Below, in pieces: positions 9,727-20,404 of a stretch of 64,000 bases of DNA (its first letter is position 1; every line of letters begins with the position of its first letter). The notes under the pieces were generated by a model. That model saw only the letters and a program-made list of their open reading frames with translations, ran no database searches and had not been told where the DNA came from. The position numbers and the translations under genes were made by a program. The stretch spans positions 1,216,001 through 1,280,000 of the forward strand of contig CAXXWQ010000003.1 in the NCBI GenBank assembly GCA_963674945.2, in the 5' to 3' direction. The stretch is from an uncultured Desulfosarcina sp. (GTDB lineage: Bacteria > Desulfobacterota > Desulfobacteria > Desulfobacterales > Desulfosarcinaceae).

Positions 9727-9898
9727 TAATCCCCCCCTTGATAGAAAGGAATCTGTAATGAATATTTACAGCGTTTGTGCCTTTGCCTTCTTCAAAGCGC
9801 GATGCAAATGTAAAAGGCCCCTCAACTTGTCCATACATCATAACTCCGTTGCCTTTCTTGTCGTCATGGCTTCCTCCTTTTAAGGTTCTATTGATGCT

Positions 9899-10105
9899 TT
9901 ACGATTCACTGCTTTCACCCGCCTTGTATTTTTCAATCATCTTTTTGGTCTGATTGATGCGTTTGGTGATCAGGATCGAACGCGGGCAGCATTTGGTGCA
10001 TTCAAAATGGTTTTCACAATCCCATACCCCCTCGGGTCGATCCAGGACCGGAAGGCGCAGCTCGAAACCAGAATCGCGACTGTCTGCGAGGAAACGGAAT
10101 GCCTG
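9899..10105 (-). pseudogene. sdhB: C-terminal remnant of succinate dehydrogenase/fumarate reductase Fe-S subunit
   Basis: Manual translation QAFRFLADSRD...GVWDCENHFECTKCCPRSILITKRI...*, matching the third Cys cluster of SdhB/FrdB. Confidence 0.8.
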
Positions 10106-10215
10106 GGATAGAGCTTGGACAGGACTGCTGTGCGGGACCGGCCACTGGCTTCCAGAGCGGCGTAGAGGCCTGCTCCACCGGACCCCACAATCACAGTGTC
10201 AAATTGATGGATCAC
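10105..10215 (-). pseudogene. sdhA: N-terminal remnant of succinate dehydrogenase/fumarate reductase flavoprotein
   Basis: AGGAGG RBS, GTG start, FDTVIVGSGGAGLYAALEA...VLSKLYP; similarity stops just before the expected RSHT motif. Confidence 0.8.
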
Positions 10216-10738
10216 AGATCGCCTCCTTTTCGTCTTCAAACACTATCGTGTTTCGCTTTTATCAGAAAGATAGCCGGTAACTCCTTTTCTTCGCGCCACA
10301 TTGCGACGATCTCGGCGAAGGCCCGGCGCCTGTTGGCAACGTTATTCAGTAATAGAACGGGGAGTAATTTTACCTAAAGAGTTCATCCCGCCCCTATCTG
10401 TGGCTGCTTTTCGCGAAAGCGTGACGGATGCTGCTAAAGTAGATCGTTGTGGACGCGTATTCGACTTTAATACCATACCCATGGAATTCAGAAATACCTG
10501 CTATCATGTATTCTTCGGATAAAGAGCTGGGATTTAGGTGCAAGTTTTAAAATTGCTCAATTGCATTAAACAAGTTCGGCCCTGAAATTTTTCAACTATG
10601 AGAGTGAAAATACTGGCTCGCGGTAAGCTTGAAATCATTCCCCCAAATGTGGCCGACCGTGATGAATTGGCTTGGTGCCGAGGTACTCGGTTGGGGCATC
10701 AGGCAAAATGCTGTGGATCTTTAATCTGAGGGTCTTCT

Positions 10739-11098
10739 TCAGGCAGGACACCAGAATTCGATACGCGTACCTTCCGGATCAAAAAGATAAAATACGTCAG
10801 CACCCATCACCTGAGAACAAACATCCGTTGGCGCCAATCCATCTAAGGCAAAAAGATTATGCGCTGCCTGGAGATCGTCGATTTGAAATGACAGGGTAAT
10901 ACCATTTCCACCCGCACTTGCTATCGTTGCCCGTGACTGATCTGCAATGCTTAAAAATGCCGTTCGGGACAAGAAAAATTCAACCATCCAATCATTTTGA
11001 AAGGCAATGTCAAGGCCGAGTCGGTCGCGATAAAATGCAACTGTCTCTTTCCAGAGGCTGCAGTATAGAATTGTGTTTGTTCTTTTGATCAACGGCAT
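10739..11098 (-). CDS. VOC/glyoxalase family protein
   Basis: AFYRDRLGL, ITLSFQIDDL, FYLFDPEGTRIEF. Confidence 0.85.
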   Translation of the reverse strand: MPLIKRTNTILYCSLWKETVAFYRDRLGLDIAFQNDWMVEFFLSRTAFLSIADQSRATIASAGGNGITLSFQIDDLQAAHNLFALDGLAPTDVCSQVMGADVFYLFDPEGTRIEFWCPA

Positions 11099-11131
11099 GG
11101 CCACATCACTTACTGAAAATGTATGAAAACT

Positions 11132-11161
11132 AAAGGGGTTGCCAGATAAGGCAACCCCTTT
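11132..11161. terminator. Intrinsic terminator hairpin downstream of hcp
   Basis: AAAGGGGTTGCC-agataa-GGCAACCCCTTT perfect 12-bp stem. Confidence 0.75.
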
Positions 11162-11179
11162 CTGTTTGTTAACCATCAA

Positions 11180-12808
11180 TTATCCCAAAATCGCTCTTAG
11201 ATCTTCGTCTGCGGTGCCAATCGGCTTGATGTCAAAATTTTTGACCAGTGTATCGAGTACATTGGGTGTCAGAAAAGCGGGCAAGGAGGGTCCCAGACGA
11301 ATACCCTTTATCCCCAAATGAAGCAACGCAAGTAATACACAAACTGCCTTTTGCTCATACCATGAAATAATCAGCGACAAAGGCAGGTCGTTCACGCCGA
11401 CTCCGAATGCATCAGATAGCGCGTTGGCAATTTGAATCGCAGAATAGGCATCATTGCACTGGCCTGCATCCAGAAGCCTGGGGATGCCCCCGATATCCCC
11501 CAATTTTTTGTCGTAGAAACGAAATTTACCGCAAGCCAGGGTGAGTACGATACAATCTTCGGGAACTTTCTCGACGAATTCCGTGTAGTAGTTCCGACCG
11601 GGTTTGGCGCCGTCGCAACCGGCCACCAGGAAGAAGTGGCGGATGTCCTTGTTCTTCACTGCTTCGATCACCTTGTCGGCAACCCCCAGCACCGCATTAC
11701 GGGCAAAGCCCACGGTCACTTCGTCGTTGTCAACATCATCTTCGAATCCTGGTAATGCAAGAGCCCTTTCAATTACCGGCTTGAAATTCTGATCTGCCAT
11801 ATGGGTGACACCGGGCCATCCTACCAGACCACTGGTAAAAATGTTGTCCTTGTAGTCGTTTCTCGGTCGCTGAATGCAGTTGGTGGTCATCAGAATTGCA
11901 CCGGGAAAATTTGGAAATTCTTTTATCTGGTTTTGCCAGGCGGTCCCGTAGTGGCCGTAAAAGTGAGCATACTGTTTGAGTTTCGGATAGCCATGGGTGG
12001 GCAGCATTTCGCCGTGTGTATAGATATTGATGCCTGTTCCTTCGGTTTGTTGAAGCAGTTTTTCCAGATCCTGGAGGTCGTGACCGGAGATCAGAATCGC
12101 TTTTCCCTTTTTATGACCCAGAGGTACTTTGGTCGGGACAGGATGACCATAGGTTTCGGTATTGCCCTTGTCCAGCAGTTCCATGGCTTTGACAGCTGCA
12201 CCACCACATCTCAACGTCATGTCGACCCATTGATCCAGAGACAGGTCGTCTCGCTGTATGGCTGCCAACCCTTCATGGATATAAGCGTAAACGCTGTCGT
12301 CTTCCTGGCCGAGAATCTGCGCGTGATCGCTGTATGCAGAAACCCCTTTGATGCCGAACAGCACAGTGTGTTTGAGCGACAAGATGTCCGGATCGTCGCC
12401 CGGGTAGGATTTGAGGCCGACGGATTCGGCCTGTTTTACCAATCCTTCGACGGTTTCTTCGGGTATGAAGTGCGAGGTTTTTCCCAACGAGGTGATGTCA
12501 CCTCCTGCGTCTTTTACCATAACCTTGAGACGGTCTCGTTTATAAACGGCCTGATTGATTAATTCAACAAAACGGTCAGGATCAAAGTCGACATTGGTCA
12601 GCGTTGAAAATGACGCTTGCACGGTAAACACATTTACATCACCATCTATGACACCATGTTTACGGCCTTCGACAGCCACTTGGGACAAGCCCATGAGCGT
12701 GTAAAGCAATAAATCCTGCAACGCCGCAACATCCGGCTGCTTCCCGCAAACCCCCTGAACGGTGCACCCGGTTCCTTTGGCTGTTTGCTCGCATTGGTAA
12801 CAAAACAT
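11180..12808 (-). CDS. hcp: Hybrid cluster protein (hydroxylamine/NO reductase)
   Basis: MFCYQCEQTAKGTGCTVQGVCGK, SGHDL, THGEMLP, TTNCI, GCDG, GQCND, SWYEQKA. Confidence 0.97.
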   Translation of the reverse strand: MFCYQCEQTAKGTGCTVQGVCGKQPDVAALQDLLLYTLMGLSQVAVEGRKHGVIDGDVNVFTVQASFSTLTNVDFDPDRFVELINQAVYKRDRLKVMVKDAGGDITSLGKTSHFIPEETVEGLVKQAESVGLKSYPGDDPDILSLKHTVLFGIKGVSAYSDHAQILGQEDDSVYAYIHEGLAAIQRDDLSLDQWVDMTLRCGGAAVKAMELLDKGNTETYGHPVPTKVPLGHKKGKAILISGHDLQDLEKLLQQTEGTGINIYTHGEMLPTHGYPKLKQYAHFYGHYGTAWQNQIKEFPNFPGAILMTTNCIQRPRNDYKDNIFTSGLVGWPGVTHMADQNFKPVIERALALPGFEDDVDNDEVTVGFARNAVLGVADKVIEAVKNKDIRHFFLVAGCDGAKPGRNYYTEFVEKVPEDCIVLTLACGKFRFYDKKLGDIGGIPRLLDAGQCNDAYSAIQIANALSDAFGVGVNDLPLSLIISWYEQKAVCVLLALLHLGIKGIRLGPSLPAFLTPNVLDTLVKNFDIKPIGTADEDLRAILG

Positions 12809-12846
12809 AGGCACCTCCCTATTGGCTTGGGTGTTAAAAACCTAAT

Positions 12847-12860
12847 TTAATGTAGATCAA
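12847..12860. promoter_or_regulatory. Crp/Fnr-family (HcpR/Dnr-like) box upstream of hcp
   Basis: TTAAT-gtag-ATCAA, 9/10 match to TTGAT-N4-ATCAA, about 40 nt upstream of hcp start. Confidence 0.4.
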
Positions 12861-12891
12861 CATGACAGCCTGATCATAAAAGGAAAAAAAT

Positions 12892-13227
12892 CTATTCGCT
12901 TCGGATCATGACCAACAGCATCTTGAATCGTTTTTCGGCGTGAAGTGCATGAGATATGTTTGCAGGCATGATCAGCATTTCACCGGTCTTTACGGTCTGT
13001 GACTGACCGCCAATTGTGATTTCTGCTGTTCCGTCTATAATGTGGACGACTGCATCGAAAGGCGCAGTGTGCTCGCTGAGCCCCTGACCTTCATCAAAGG
13101 CAAACAGTGTGATGGTGCCGATTTCTTTTTTGATTAACGTTTTACTTACCACAGAACCTGCTGCGTATTCAATGTGGTTTTCCAGGTTAAAAGCATTGCC
13201 TTTTGGGGCAGTGGATTCTTGGTTCAT
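12892..13227 (-). CDS. Cupin-domain protein (hcp-associated type)
   Basis: ITLFAFDEGQGLSEHTAPFDA, MPANISHAL; AAGGAGG RBS. Confidence 0.9.
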   Translation of the reverse strand: MNQESTAPKGNAFNLENHIEYAAGSVVSKTLIKKEIGTITLFAFDEGQGLSEHTAPFDAVVHIIDGTAEITIGGQSQTVKTGEMLIMPANISHALHAEKRFKMLLVMIRSE

Positions 13228-13344
13228 ATGATCCTCCTTTGTAACGATGCTGGAAATGCCCATTTGACTGGTTCCTCCGACACGTCAACCAGATTTGTCG
13301 ATTTGTTTATGTTCTATCGAGTCCATGTTTCATCTCAGCCATAC

Positions 13345-13742
13345 GATTTCCCGGTTCATGCCCGGTTCCATCTCGTAACTCACCTTGAATGGCCTTTGCG
13401 CCGATTCGGTTTGATAGGTGAGAAATGAGAAATCTGCCAATTGCCTTACGATCTCGTTTCGATGTCACTTGGCCGAAATGTGTGTTTCCCATTATTTGCC
13501 GTAATGACAGTGTTCGCCGTAGTAAATTTCCGAACCCGCCGACGCGATGATCACAGCCGTAGCGAGTGCATTGAATCGTCGCAGTTTCTCTCGGGTCGAT
13601 TCGATATCACGGCCCGTCGCCACACCAAACAAGACGACATCCCGATATTGCTCCAGCAAACGGAGCAATGCATCCAATCCATCATTCATCTTTCGGTGCA
13701 ATGATGGGCAGTCCACATGCGGCAGCCTCGATGATTGTTTTC
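13345..13742 (-). pseudogene. Sucrose-phosphate synthase remnant (GT4 motif joined to HAD/SPP-like domain)
   Basis: TIIEAAACGLPIIA (GT4) jumps directly to FGVATGR...GSEIYYG..GK*WETHISAK*HR...QRPFKVSY, with two in-frame stops. Confidence 0.75.
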
Positions 13743-13774
13743 CAGATTGTATTTCCCATCCATAGGTATGGGAA

Positions 13775-13814
13775 ATAGGGTGGTTCTCCTAATTGTAGAG
13801 GAAAAAACCCGTAT
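13775..13814. promoter_or_regulatory. Two tandem ATAGGG-N6-CCCTAT-like palindromes
   Basis: ATAGGG-tggttc-TCCTAA (13775) and AGAGGA-aaaaac-CCGTAT (13797), 22 bp apart. Confidence 0.45.
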
Positions 13815-14093
13815 TTTGCCTGTTTCCATTATTGGTATGGTCCATCATGGGACAGGCATATTTGATATTATCCCGAAAATGTCTGAAAACCGATAAATGC
13901 CGTTTCCTATTCGTATGCACGCCGACGGGATAGCAATCGCCTTTGCCCCCTATACCTCAAACACAAAGATTCCAATATTGCGTGTTGAATGAAAGGAAGA
14001 ATCTGCACGTCTACTTGTTGATCTGGGATTTTTCCATGATCTACACCTTTGAACGAGAATTTTTCCCCCGCTACAAATTGAAATGCCGATCGC

Positions 14094-14760
14094 CATGATC
14101 GGTTGCGCGTATACTACCCCCGGCTGACTGTGGACCCGCATCAGGCACTCATGATTCACGCCAAATTAATGGTGATTGACGATGATTTCTTGCGTGTGGG
14201 ATCTTCCAACTTGAGCAACCGGTCCATGGGACTCGATTCGGAGTGTGATCTTGCCATCGCCGACGACGAAGACGACGAAGACCTAAGGAGAGCCATCGTC
14301 CGCCTCCGCAATCAATTGCTCGCCGAGCACCTGGATACGGATGTGAACCGGGTGACCGATACCATCGAAAAAACGGGTTCAATCATAAGGACCGTCGAGG
14401 CACTCGGTGGCAAGGAGAGGTCACTCGTCCCGTTAGGCGGCGAAGTGCCGCCGGAAGTCGACGAATGGGTTCCCGAGTCCGAACTGCTGGATCCTGAAAA
14501 ACCCGTGGAACCGGATGAACTTTTCGATTATGTGGTGAGCCCGGATGACCAACCCTTTGCCTATCGCCATTTGTTGAAGGTCATTCTCCTCATCATTGGT
14601 GTTCTTCTCCTGGCCGCCCTTTGGCGGTGGACGCCAATGGGTGAGTGGATCGACATTGAAAGCGCCACGGTGGCGGGAGAATGGATTCGCAGCCAGCCCA
14701 TGACTCCCGTGTTGGTCATCGCCGTCTATGTGATCGGCGGTTTTATGGCCTTTCCCGTCA
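14094..14760 (+). pseudogene. Internal fragment of phospholipase D / VTT (SNARE-associated) fusion protein
   Basis: Single HKD motif IHAKLMVIDD...GSSNLSNRSMGLDSECD; N-terminal half absent; VTT domain ends after AFPVT. Confidence 0.75.
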
Positions 14761-15335
14761 CCCTTCAGGAGGTAGCCTTCGACACCAGCGGTCCGCTCAA
14801 CATTCTCGACAATCTGGCCCAATCAACCGGGACTACGGCGATCCCCGGACCGACACTCGTGGAAGAAAAAGGACTGTATGGCAATGCCCTGCTGACCCGG
14901 ATCCTGCCATTGTCCATAGAGCGCATGGACATCAGTGTACCCGGCAGAGAGGCCCGTGGCGCCATAAAGGTGTTGCTGGAGGTGAATGGACAAACAGTCG
15001 AAATCGTAGCCACCCATCTGGGGCTTCGCACAAAAGAACGCCGATACCAGTTTCGAAGACTATTGCCCCTGTTCGAACCCCGTAAAACGGCTGTCAGCAT
15101 TCTTTTGGGGGATTTCAACGAGTGATTGACATGGTCGCGCTCTCTTCAATGGGTGAACCGACGGCTGGGGGAATATCGTTCACCGGCAACGTTTCCCAGT
15201 CACCGTCCGGTATTGGCGTTGGATCGCATATGGGTCGCCCCGTCGCGACGTCTGGACAGAGTTTACCCTCACCGATCCCCGATGGCCGACATCGCTTCCG
15301 ACCACCTGCCCCTGGTTGCAGAGATAAACATCTGA
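14761..15335 (+). pseudogene. Endonuclease/exonuclease/phosphatase-family gene lacking its N-terminus and carrying a nonsense codon
   Basis: LQEV, YGNALLT, ATHLGL, GDFNE*L (TGA 15123-15125 where Trp is typical), LDRIW, ASDHLPL. Confidence 0.8.
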
Positions 15336-15369
15336 TGGAGGGTCACTTTTTTCGATCCCCGGCTGGTGA

Positions 15370-15585
15370 TCAACGGAAAAACTGGGTGTACACATCGTAT
15401 TGAACGCGGTTGACCTTGCCCTGGGTTACGGCTCTCTCATCATCAATATCGACTGATTCGGTAAACAGTTTGCATTCCAAGTTCTTTACCGCACCCTGGG
15501 GAGTAATCATCAACGATTGATCCGCCTCCGGTCCCTCGAGTTGAATAAACGTCTGTCCAGTTTTTTTATTTCTGCATATCTCCAT
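15370..15585 (-). CDS. Small hypothetical protein
   Basis: 71-aa ORF with AGGA RBS, convergent with the upstream gene. Confidence 0.55.
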   Translation of the reverse strand: MEICRNKKTGQTFIQLEGPEADQSLMITPQGAVKNLECKLFTESVDIDDERAVTQGKVNRVQYDVYTQFFR

Positions 15586-15699
15586 ACGTAATTCCTATTT
15601 TTGCTTACATTTTTTTGAAAAACCGTTTGGGATGATTTACGCAGTCAATCCAGTTACACGATTGGCCTCGGTTCTAACGATTTTCCATGGTTGAGCACT

Positions 15700-16689
15700 C
15701 TATTTCTTATCATGGGAGGTGTCGTTTGAATGTTGGAAAGTGGCGTTCTCGGGACCGCGAACAGGCCATGCGAAAAAATCACGACCCGATTTATATCCCA
15801 CACCGATGATACCATCTTGTGTGTAGAGGGACCATGCGTACCGTGGCTCATAAACGCTGGTTGTCGATGACCAATACACGTCCTGAACATTGACAAACGG
15901 ATGGCCAAAAGGCAGGGAGGGAGAATGTGCGTGTAGATCAACCAAACTTTCCAGCTCCCTGATGTTGGGTATTCGCCAATCACCATATCCTCCCGGTAAA
16001 CTTTCGTTAAACGCCTGTATAACCGAAAATGCTTCCGACCAGGAAAGCACATGACCGAAAGGATTGGCGTCGATATACCAGATTAAATCGGTACGGGTGT
16101 CCTTGGCATATTTTCCTTCGATGATAAAACGCTCCGATGACAGTAAGTGAGATATTTTGCTGTCATTATCATCACGATTTCTCCCCGGCGAGACCGGCCA
16201 AAGCATATAAGATCCGTGTTTCATGCCCCGATGGAGGCGGCCACCCCCCAAATGAACATACCAGGCCTGATCGGGAAGACGAGCACATGCATCGCCACTC
16301 CAGTAGTAGCCGTCGAAAATGTTTTCAAACGGATGATCGTCGGCGATCGCCGGATTGACGCATTGATGGCTGAGCAAGGCAAACAGATGGAATCGCGTGG
16401 GAAGTTGCCAATCCCCGCGTCCGTAGGCTCGGCGTTCCCGCATCTCAGAAACGAACCGTTGCGCCTCCAACCACGAAAGGGGAAAGTCTGCCAAATTCGC
16501 ATCTTTCGTCCATGTCGCGCCCGTCAAGTTATCTTGAACGACCCGATCCATCACTCGAAACCGTTTCTTTCGGACATATTGAAAATTCTTTTCCTGCGCC
16601 GCATCCTGTCCGGTTCCCTTGCAGGAAACAAGGCTTCCTGTCTCGGTGTAACAGCTCGTTTGATCGGTTTCCACGAGGTGCTTTTCCAT
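15700..16689 (-). CDS. DUF1566 (Lcl C-terminal-like) double-domain protein
   Basis: VQDNLTGATW...DWQLPT...YWS and KDTRTDLIW...DWRIPNIRELESL...YWSSTT. Confidence 0.85.
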   Translation of the reverse strand: MEKHLVETDQTSCYTETGSLVSCKGTGQDAAQEKNFQYVRKKRFRVMDRVVQDNLTGATWTKDANLADFPLSWLEAQRFVSEMRERRAYGRGDWQLPTRFHLFALLSHQCVNPAIADDHPFENIFDGYYWSGDACARLPDQAWYVHLGGGRLHRGMKHGSYMLWPVSPGRNRDDNDSKISHLLSSERFIIEGKYAKDTRTDLIWYIDANPFGHVLSWSEAFSVIQAFNESLPGGYGDWRIPNIRELESLVDLHAHSPSLPFGHPFVNVQDVYWSSTTSVYEPRYAWSLYTQDGIIGVGYKSGRDFFAWPVRGPENATFQHSNDTSHDKK

Positions 16690-16770
16690 CGCGTTCGGTA
16701 TCTTTCATCTTTTTGGGTTTGGGACCATTGTCTCCGATCGTTGTGAATGGGCAACGGTATTGAAACGAAG

Positions 16771-16807
16771 GACGGCGTTGCCGATTCCTGCCGACAGCAA
16801 CGCCGTC
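16771..16807. terminator. Intergenic hairpin
   Basis: GACGGCGTTGC ... GCAACGCCGTC perfect 11-bp stem with 15-nt loop. Confidence 0.4.
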
Positions 16808-17399
16808 TTACTGTAAGGGAATGCTTCAGGATGTATTACCGTGTTTTCTCTTTGGTTTGTCTTTCCTTTCCGGAGCAGCCGGAACCCTTTCCGTTCCTCT
16901 TATCATAGGTATAGGCGCGGCCACCGTTGATGGAGAGTTTGTCCATCGTTCGTTGGCGTTCTTGCTTGCCTTCGATTACCCGATCCTTGCCGGACATGTT
17001 CATTTCACCTCCTTTGCAAAATAGGCCGAACCGTTCGTTCAAACCTTTCGGCGCTTTTGGTTTCATTTTAGTCGATGATGGCGCGTCCGGGTATGGGGTG
17101 CCACAAGTAGTTCCGCTCCAGATCCGCCTGATTTCGGACCGCATACCGATGAAAATGATTATACTGATTTCCCGGGTGCCCGAAAGCCCTCCCTTCCATC
17201 AAATCGAATCGGATTACATTTGGCATGAAACCGAAATCAGTTCTCAGCCCTATTTTATTCGATCACAGATTCATCTATTGTTTGGACATGGTCGACGGAC
17301 ATGAGACGGATCAATAATAATTTGGGGTAGACAGCGAAAACGGGCATTTCTGACACCCACCTGCCCCCTACCCCCATAACAGGGAAAGGAGCCAGTACA

Positions 17400-17861
17400 A
17401 TGAAAAATATAGACAAAATACTTTGCCCGATCGACTTTAGTGATCCTTCCCGCGCTGCCCTGGCACATGCCGTGGATTTGGCGGAACATTTTTCAGCCCG
17501 GATCATTCTGTTTCATGCAATTTCGGAAATCGACCATACCCCTTCGCCGTCATATACGCTGACCCCGCAACTCATGGACCAGATGGTGCAAATAAGCCAT
17601 CAGATGAAGGAAAATGCAGAAAAGGCCATGAAAGAGATGGTCGATAATATCGTTCCAGAGGGGATTGACACCCGACAGCAGGTGGCGATCGGCAATCCGG
17701 CGGATCGCATTGTCCAGGCCGCCGAGGATGAGCAGGTGGATTTGATCGTGATGGCCACTCACGGAAGAAGCGGTATCAAGGGGTTGATATTCGGTTCCGT
17801 TGCCGAAAAAGTGGTTCGCAGTGCACAATGTCCGGTGCTCACAATGAAACACCAGTCATGA
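17400..17861 (+). CDS. Universal stress protein
   Basis: KILCPIDFS, GNPADRIV, DLIVMATHGRSG, GSVAEKVVRSAQCPVLT. Confidence 0.95.
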   Translation: MKNIDKILCPIDFSDPSRAALAHAVDLAEHFSARIILFHAISEIDHTPSPSYTLTPQLMDQMVQISHQMKENAEKAMKEMVDNIVPEGIDTRQQVAIGNPADRIVQAAEDEQVDLIVMATHGRSGIKGLIFGSVAEKVVRSAQCPVLTMKHQS

Positions 17862-17887
17862 CGTTTTTTGTGTACTGTCCTGAAAGG

Positions 17888-17921
17888 CAAAGGGCGGGCC
17901 GTAGTTACGGCTCGCCCTTTG
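17888..17921 (+). terminator. Terminator-like hairpin after USP gene
   Basis: CAAAGGGCGGGCCGTA-gt-TACGGCTCGCCCTTTG near-perfect stem. Confidence 0.65.
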
Positions 17922-18291
17922 TCCATTTCCCCTGTCGATTGTTGAACAATGGTTATCGTTGTGCCGCAAAGCATTTGCGCTCGACATAGGCAGAATTCCG
18001 TGCATCCCACACGGTCTCATTTTCGTGAATCAATTTCGGCGGACCATGCCAGGCACCACATGCCAGAACCACTGGATTCAATCGACGTTTCTATTGGCCA
18101 CGGCGTTGACGATTGTTTTACTCTGGTGGTAATATGGTCCGCTGGAATGATTGTGCTGGAAGGGCATCGTGTAACGAACAGCCGAAATAAATACTCATTC
18201 CCGGCTAAATACATCGTTGCACTCATTTTCGGCTTACGTGATTCCTCCTATGCTTCCAAAGGTAGTACATCAGCAAAAAGAGATATAAAAA

Positions 18292-20256
18292 ATGCAACAT
18301 GATTGGAGACCCGAACAAGCACACAAATCGTTAAACCGCATCCTGCCTGATGTAGAGTGGAAATTCGCCGCCCAGCTAACCGGCAATTCGGAAGATTGGC
18401 AGATGTTCAAACTTCGTCTGGACAGTCAGTGGGAGCGTCTCTTTACTTCCTTGCACGCGCTATATGGTTGGCAGTACGACTTTTTTTACACATTGCAACG
18501 CCTGGCTCATATCATGGCGAAATACTGGCTTGAGCGCCCCCGAGAGTTGCGGCAGCTGGACGCGAAGCGACTGGCGGAACCAGACTGGTTCCATTCCGAA
18601 AAGGTCGTTGGAATCGTCCTGTACGTGGACCTGTTCAGCGACAACCTGGCCAAATTGAAGGACCATATTCCTTACTTTCGAAAGCTTGGCCTGAACTACC
18701 TGCACCTCATGCCGTTGTTCGCCGTACCAAAAGGGGAGAACGACGGTGGCTATGCGGTAAGCGACTATCGGGCCATCAACCCGGATATCGGTTCCATGGA
18801 GGAGTTGTCCGATCTTGCCACCCGTCTTCGCAATGAAGGCATCAGCCTGGTGCTGGACTTTGTTCTCAACCATACATCCGACGATCACGCGTGGGCACGG
18901 AAGGCCCGGGAGGGAGACGCAAAGCATCTGCAGTACTATTTGACCTATCCGGACCGGGAGCTTCCGGACCAGTTCCAGAAACAGCTGCGGGACATCTTTC
19001 CGACGGTGCGCCGGGGTAGCTTCACCTGGAACGAAGAGTTGAATCGGTGGGTATGGACGACTTTCAACAGCTGCCAGTGGGATTTGAACTATGCCAACCC
19101 CGAAGTAATGCGGGCCATGGCGAAGGAAATGTTCTTTCTGGCCAATCAGGGCGTGGAAATCTTTCGGCTGGACGCCGTTCCCTTCATTTGGAAGCGGCTG
19201 GGAACCAACTGCGAAAACCTGTCCGAGGCACACACCATCCTCCGTGCATTGAACGCAATGGCCAAGGTCGTGGCACCGTGCGTTCTGTTCAAGTCGGAGG
19301 CCATCGTTCACCCCGACGAGGTGGTCCGGTACATTCACCCGGACGAGTGCCAGCTCTCCTACAACCCCTTGAAAATGGCACTGCTATGGGAGGCGCTGGC
19401 CACCAAGGAGGTGAAGCTTCTCGCGCATTCCATGCGCCATCGAAGCCGCATCCCCGCGGGCTGTTCTTGGGTGAACTATCTTCGCTGCCATGATGACATC
19501 GGCTGGTCTTTTGACGATGCGGATGCGTGGCATGTCGGCATCGACCCGGCAGGACATCGTCGCTTCCTGAACGACTTTTACACCGGCAAGTTCCCGGGAT
19601 CTTTCGCAAGAGGCGTTCCTTTTCAATACAATCCCGATACGGGAGACGTGCGCATTTCCGGAACGCTTTCCTCTCTGGCGGGACTCGAGGATGCGGTGGA
19701 AAAACAGGATGACACACTCATCGAGCTGGCAGTGCGCCGGATCAATATGCTGTGGGCGATCCAGATGAGCATCGGCGGTATTCCACTTTTGTACGCCGGA
19801 GACGAGTTTGGACAGATGAACGACTATACGTACCTCACCGACCCGAGGAAGGTCAACGACAGCAGATGGGTACACCGTGCGAAACGCCGCTGGGAGGCCC
19901 AGGACGACCTTGCCGATCAGGACACTCTGGAGTGGCGTTTTTTCCGGGAAATGGTCAAGCTGTTCCGCCTTCGCAAAAAGATTTTAGCGTTTCGCAATGG
20001 TGGCATGGACGTCGTCGAAACGGACAGTCCGCACCTGTTCGGCTACCTGCGGTCGTTCGACAACCAGCGGATTCTAGTCGTCACAAACTTTTCCGACGAC
20101 ACCCAAACGATGCCGGTGGAACGACTTCGGGCCCGTGACGCCAGCGGCAAGGCGGTCAATCTACTGGGACAAGACGAAATCGTCTCGCTGGATGAAGACC
20201 TTGTGCTGGAGGCATACCGCGCCGTATGGCTCGACCTCCAACCAATGGGAACGTGA
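18292..20256 (+). CDS. Amylosucrase / sucrose hydrolase-like GH13 enzyme
   Basis: YVDLF, YLHLMPL, NDGGYAVSDY, DFVLNHTS, RLDAVPFIWK, FKSEAIVHP, YLRCHDDIGW, DSRWVHR. Confidence 0.92.
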   Translation: MQHDWRPEQAHKSLNRILPDVEWKFAAQLTGNSEDWQMFKLRLDSQWERLFTSLHALYGWQYDFFYTLQRLAHIMAKYWLERPRELRQLDAKRLAEPDWFHSEKVVGIVLYVDLFSDNLAKLKDHIPYFRKLGLNYLHLMPLFAVPKGENDGGYAVSDYRAINPDIGSMEELSDLATRLRNEGISLVLDFVLNHTSDDHAWARKAREGDAKHLQYYLTYPDRELPDQFQKQLRDIFPTVRRGSFTWNEELNRWVWTTFNSCQWDLNYANPEVMRAMAKEMFFLANQGVEIFRLDAVPFIWKRLGTNCENLSEAHTILRALNAMAKVVAPCVLFKSEAIVHPDEVVRYIHPDECQLSYNPLKMALLWEALATKEVKLLAHSMRHRSRIPAGCSWVNYLRCHDDIGWSFDDADAWHVGIDPAGHRRFLNDFYTGKFPGSFARGVPFQYNPDTGDVRISGTLSSLAGLEDAVEKQDDTLIELAVRRINMLWAIQMSIGGIPLLYAGDEFGQMNDYTYLTDPRKVNDSRWVHRAKRRWEAQDDLADQDTLEWRFFREMVKLFRLRKKILAFRNGGMDVVETDSPHLFGYLRSFDNQRILVVTNFSDDTQTMPVERLRARDASGKAVNLLGQDEIVSLDEDLVLEAYRAVWLDLQPMGT

Positions 20257-20404
20257 AGCCCCTGGTAATAGGAACTCATTGGTATCTTCACCAATGTCGC
20301 CGTGATCATTGCAACGGTTACAAGGATGGAACGATAAACTGCAAATCGGCGATATCGCGATTCGCAGTTTATCGGGTTGAGCAAAGCGACGACGATCCGG
20401 CCGT

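Noticed and set aside
9725..9868. Possible frameshifted gene start after a strong AGGAGG RBS on the minus strand (…GPFTFASRF…NIHY)
   Set aside because: May be another remnant (alpha/beta hydrolase-like) but too short to assign without a search
15123..15125. In-frame TGA in the EEP gene as possible Sec or alternative genetic code
   Set aside because: Falls at a Trp position in an already truncated gene; TGA serves as a normal stop throughout the window
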